Assembly (NCBI GenBank): GCA_037142615.1 | Contig: JBAXAI010000052.1 | Location: 1 to 21,705 of the forward strand | DNA from: Spirochaetales bacterium | Lineage (GTDB): Bacteria > Spirochaetota > Spirochaetia > JABEVK01 | DNA length: 21,705 nucleotides | Direction of reading: 5' to 3' | Shown here: positions 18,778-21,705 of the stretch, in pieces | Layout of the letters: each line of letters begins with the position of its first letter | Numbering within the stretch: the first letter of the stretch is position 1 | Notes under the pieces: model-generated | Database searches by the model: none | The model's input: only the letters and a program-made list of their open reading frames with translations | What the model was told of the DNA's origin: nothing | Translations under genes and position numbers: made by a program

Positions 18778-19217
18778 TCACCTGCGGAACTTGGTCACGT
18801 TGGTTGGACCAGTTTCGTCCGGATTCTCGTCGTTGCGGTCGTGCATCCACCAGGCGAGCCAGACGAAGCCAAGAACCTGCCACCAAGCCTTGGAGCCCCC
18901 TCGGGACGGGGGCAGCAGGGCGTTCGGTTCCTGAAGATACACGTTGCGCAGACTCCCGCTGAGACTTTCCTCGGCTCCGGTGATCACCAAGCTGGGTTCC
19001 TGGTCGTGGAGGTAGCCCTTAAGCAGGGGCTGGGACCCGGGTAACCCTTGAGAACCTCTTCAAACTCTCGCTTGAGAGCCGAAGGGAGGTACCCTCGCAC
19101 CACGAGAAGCCTTTGTTTTCGGTAAGACAGGCAGAAGACCTCGTTGGCCCGGGCAAGCGAAACCAGAAGAGTCGAAACCACGACGAGCAGAACGACAACA
19201 CCGAAGGCACCGACCAT
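18778..19217 (-). pseudogene. Frameshifted DUF3634-like membrane protein (or sequencing error)
   Basis: ORF 18984-19217 (TM-LARANEVFCLS...LLVVRGYLP) continues in another frame as LLKGYLHDQEPSLVITG...SLRNVY...QVLGFVWLAWW to 18778. Span of 440 nt is one base short of 147 codons. Family name is from recollection. Confidence 0.6.
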
Positions 19218-19324
19218 CTGCTAACCCCTTTCCCACCCTACGACACGAGGTCGTCGAAGGGCTAGAGGAGAGGAACCTCCCAGTTGGAATGGAATATTCT
19301 CCCACCAATCCTTGGTTTCGGCGC

Positions 19325-19927
19325 TCATGGATTGCCCCCGCTTTGGCCACTGGTACTCGCTGCTCTGCGTGTAGGCGAACCTGCGCGGTTCGAAATTGCC
19401 GCCAACGCTGGCCAGTAGCGTGCCACGTAGGGCACAAACTTGCCTTCCGCGATCAACGTTGAAATCTGCTTGCTATCAGCGACCATCACATCGGCGACTT
19501 CCGTCGCTTGAATCGACACCTGCCTTGGCGAGAAGTCAAACTCAAAGAGCCAAACATCCGAAAGTGTCTGCGAATGCTTTCCTTCCCCGTTGAGTTGAGC
19601 GACGAGACGACCCTCGTTACGAGGCAGCGACAAACCAAGTTCTTCCTCGACTTCACGCAAGGCGGCTTCGAGACTCGTTTCGCCGGCTTGGACGGCTCCC
19701 CCACTTGGCTCCCAGGCACCAGGAAAGGGCTGTTTGTCCAGAGCGCGCCTTGAAATCAAGTAGGCATTCGAAGGCGACCGGATCCAAACGTGAACCGCGA
19801 GGTGGAACTCCTCTGGACCAAGGGCTTCTCCTCGTAGCTTGGTCCGCCCGGTTTTGGTTCTATCGGCACGGAGAATGTCCCAGAACTCCAAATCTCTCGT
19901 GCCAGCCTGGCTGCTAGACTTCTGCAT
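19325..19927 (-). CDS. NUDIX hydrolase
   Basis: Nudix box GGAVQAGETSLEAALREVEEELGL; upstream HLAVHVWI and RRALDKQPFPGAWE as in IDI/YfcD-like Nudix proteins. Confidence 0.92.
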   Translation of the reverse strand: MQKSSSQAGTRDLEFWDILRADRTKTGRTKLRGEALGPEEFHLAVHVWIRSPSNAYLISRRALDKQPFPGAWEPSGGAVQAGETSLEAALREVEEELGLSLPRNEGRLVAQLNGEGKHSQTLSDVWLFEFDFSPRQVSIQATEVADVMVADSKQISTLIAEGKFVPYVARYWPALAAISNRAGSPTRRAASTSGQSGGNP

Positions 19928-19935
19928 CCGACATT

Positions 19936-20718
19936 CTATCCTCGGGAGTTCTCATGCACAAACAGGTCTACCGAAGGCTTGAGTCCCTTACGCACACGTT
20001 CAAACTCAAACATGTAGTAGAAGCCAATTCTCTGCGAGCGCATGAGGTGATAGAGAAGTTGCTCGCGCATCGCATCGAGCCTAGCCATGAGACGAACCCC
20101 CTTGATCTCATTGACCAGCCCTGGATCGGTCCACGATTGGAATCCCATCACCCTGCTTTTCACGTCGAAGAAGTAATCTTGAACGCTGCGAAACTCGCAC
20201 GGAACGGTGCGCTTCTGGTACATGAAGAAATCGATGTAGCTTCGGGGGTCTCGCGCCCCCTCTCTCGCGTCACGCGCCGGGCTGGACGTGAACTTGGCTG
20301 GCATCAGAACCCACTTGTCGAGATAGGTGAGGAAATCCATGATCGGATGGGCAAAACCCCGGGGAAAGATCGGAGCGTTAACCAGATCGTCCAGATCCCA
20401 CATGAGGTAGTTGAGGTCATTCTCCCAAGGATTGGGTTTGGGATCAGGGATGGAACCGGGTCGCGGAGCCAGCGATCCTTCGGCCCGTACTGCACCGCTG
20501 GTGCGGACAAAGGATTCAACTTCGCTTCGTCGGTCTGGGTCGGAGAGCGCCTCGTAGGCGTTCTTGACGGCCAGGAACATGGCGGCGGCAGTTCCATCGC
20601 CCTTGTTGGTGTCCGGATGGAACTTCAGGGCCTGCTTTCGATAGGCCTTCTTCAATTCCTCGGACGACGCCCGAGCATCAACGTCCAGGAGTCTGTAGTA
20701 GCTTAGGAACTTACTCAT
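19936..20718 (-). CDS. J-domain protein (class C) with uncharacterised C-terminal region
   Basis: YYRLLDV...ELKKAYRKQALKFHPD...FLAVKNAYEALSDP with intact HPD; no G/F region or zinc finger. Confidence 0.88.
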   Translation of the reverse strand: MSKFLSYYRLLDVDARASSEELKKAYRKQALKFHPDTNKGDGTAAAMFLAVKNAYEALSDPDRRSEVESFVRTSGAVRAEGSLAPRPGSIPDPKPNPWENDLNYLMWDLDDLVNAPIFPRGFAHPIMDFLTYLDKWVLMPAKFTSSPARDAREGARDPRSYIDFFMYQKRTVPCEFRSVQDYFFDVKSRVMGFQSWTDPGLVNEIKGVRLMARLDAMREQLLYHLMRSQRIGFYYMFEFERVRKGLKPSVDLFVHENSRG

Positions 20719-20738
20719 GGATCAATACTCTTCCTCGA

Positions 20739-21029
20739 TCAGTCTCGGATACTTCCACATTGGACGTCATCTGGTTCTCGTTGACCTGACCCCCGATCTA
20801 GCTTCGACCAGACACCCTGGACACTTTGAACTCGAAACACGCCGTCTGATCCGACCAGTTCGGCCGCACGGAAAGCCGAGTCTCCTGTTCCAGTAGCCAG
20901 GTCAACAATTGACCCACCGCGTTTTGGTGGAAGCAAGTTGACCATTGTAGTCGCTCTCGACACAGTCACAATATTGTCGTAGTCGACTCGGAAGTTGTAG
21001 AAGCGGTTAACTTTGTCTTCGAAAGTCAT
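20739..21029 (-). pseudogene. Truncated class I SAM-dependent methyltransferase (UbiE-like N-terminus)
   Basis: Motif I IVDLATGTGDSA followed by AAELVGSDG; resemblance then stops and the ORF is only 96 aa. The other two frames give no continuation. Confidence 0.65.
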
Positions 21030-21046
21030 GATTCATTCCCCTGTCG

Positions 21047-21102
21047 GCCTAACGAAGCTATGATACCGGTAGATGCGATGGCTGGTATCATGGTCGTGGA
21101 AC
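21047..21102 (-). other. Degenerate attC-like site
   Basis: Perfect core GTTAGGC (21053-21047) 17 nt upstream of the methyltransferase ATG, preceded by the inverted repeat ATGATACC...GGTATCAT (21060-21067 / 21084-21091). The inverse core lacks the canonical AAC. Confidence 0.45.
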
Positions 21103-21156
21103 CAGACGGCCGGCTGGTAACTAAGCTGGGACTATAGTGGAGTTTGCCCACCGTCG

Positions 21157-21219
21157 ACACAACGCTTTGTTCAGCTTTAGCTTGCGCAGCAAGTTATCCG
21201 CTGGAACAGAATGTTATGC
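21157..21219 (-). mobile_element. Integron attC recombination site
   Basis: Minus strand: R'' GCATAAC - attct - L'' GTTCCAGC - ggataa CTTGC tgc GCAAG ctaaa - L' GCTGAAC - aaagc - R' GTTGTGT. L''/L' pair with one extra base; 63 bp; 13 nt after the mazF stop. Confidence 0.82.
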
Positions 21220-21232
21220 GCAAGAACTTAGC

Positions 21233-21571
21233 TCAGCCAATCAAGACTCGAACTCTCTCTACAACGTCATTTAGCTTGCCCGGATCAATCGCCTCGATGA
21301 ACTCAATATTCCGTGTCGTCCAATCAAGGCTTTTCACTTGGTCACTGAGGACCGAACCACTGACACTGGACGAGAAAATGGGAACCTCGAACGGAAAGTT
21401 CTTCACCTTCGAGGTTATGGGACAAAACAGTGCGAGGCCGACCTTTTGGTTGTAGGTTCGATGTGAAATAACCACAGCCGGACGTCTACCCCGCTGCTCA
21501 TGTCCAAGTTGTGGACTGAAGTCGATCCAGACAATATCGCCCCGGTTGGGTGCATATTTCTCTTCTACCAT
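21233..21571 (-). CDS. mazF: MazF/PemK-family endoribonuclease toxin
   Basis: YAPNRGDIVWIDFSPQLGHEQRGRRPAVVIS...YN...CPITSKVKNFPFEV...VLSDQVKSLDW..R. Confidence 0.95.
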   Translation of the reverse strand: MVEEKYAPNRGDIVWIDFSPQLGHEQRGRRPAVVISHRTYNQKVGLALFCPITSKVKNFPFEVPIFSSSVSGSVLSDQVKSLDWTTRNIEFIEAIDPGKLNDVVERVRVLIG

Positions 21572-21705
21572 TCCTCTTTTCCTACTGAAGGCCCAGTTTC
21601 TATCGCTTCATGAAGATCCTCATCGGTTAATTGGTCGAGAAGACCTTCAAGTGTTAGCCGACCTGGCTTAATGACGAGTTGACCCTCTTCTTCCACGATG
21701 TCGAC
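21565..21705 (-). CDS. mazE: MazE/AbrB-family antitoxin, C-terminal part (5' end outside window)
   Basis: Absent from the ORF track. Manual translation ...VDIVEEEGQLVIKPGRLTLEGLLDQLTDEDLHEAIETGPSVGKEEW*; overlaps the mazF start by 7 nt. Confidence 0.9.
   Translation of the reverse strand, partial: VDIVEEEGQLVIKPGRLTLEGLLDQLTDEDLHEAIETGPSVGKEEW

Noticed and set aside
19335-19376. GCCTACAC near the NUDIX 3' end as a possible inverse core matching GTTAGGC
   Set aside because: Needs an insertion to match, and has no L-box pairing or GTT core downstream.
19954-20706. 250-aa plus-strand ORF opposite the J-domain gene
   Set aside because: Codon-aligned antisense frame with no motifs, whereas the minus-strand ORF has an unmistakable J-domain.
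21144-21455. 103-aa plus-strand ORF
   Set aside because: Antisense to mazF and runs through the attC site.

Overview
GC-rich bacterial chromosomal window, probably from a spirochaete (inferred from recalled protein families, not from a search). Left (minus strand): a partial secreted protein with an RlpA/DPBB-like N-terminus and a Pro/Thr linker, a lipoprotein, engB/yihA, and an OmpR/PhoB-family response regulator with its sensor kinase. Transcribed divergently from the kinase is a tightly packed 8-gene, ~12.8 kb export operon. It combines a MacAB-type ABC module (adaptor, ATPase, two different permeases), two TolC-family channels, and an RND module (lipoprotein adaptor plus an AcrB-family pump with an apparent extra membrane hairpin). 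Converging on it are an alpha/beta hydrolase and a hexose-6-phosphate mutarotase. The last ~3 kb is visibly less GC-rich and entirely minus-strand, and looks like the decaying tail of an integron cassette array. It holds a mazEF pair followed by a well-formed attC site, a short ORF-less cassette with a degenerate attC, a truncated methyltransferase, a J-domain protein with an unrecognised C-terminus, a NUDIX hydrolase and a frameshifted DUF3634-like gene. Three genes appear leaderless, with a -10 box 6-7 nt before the start codon.
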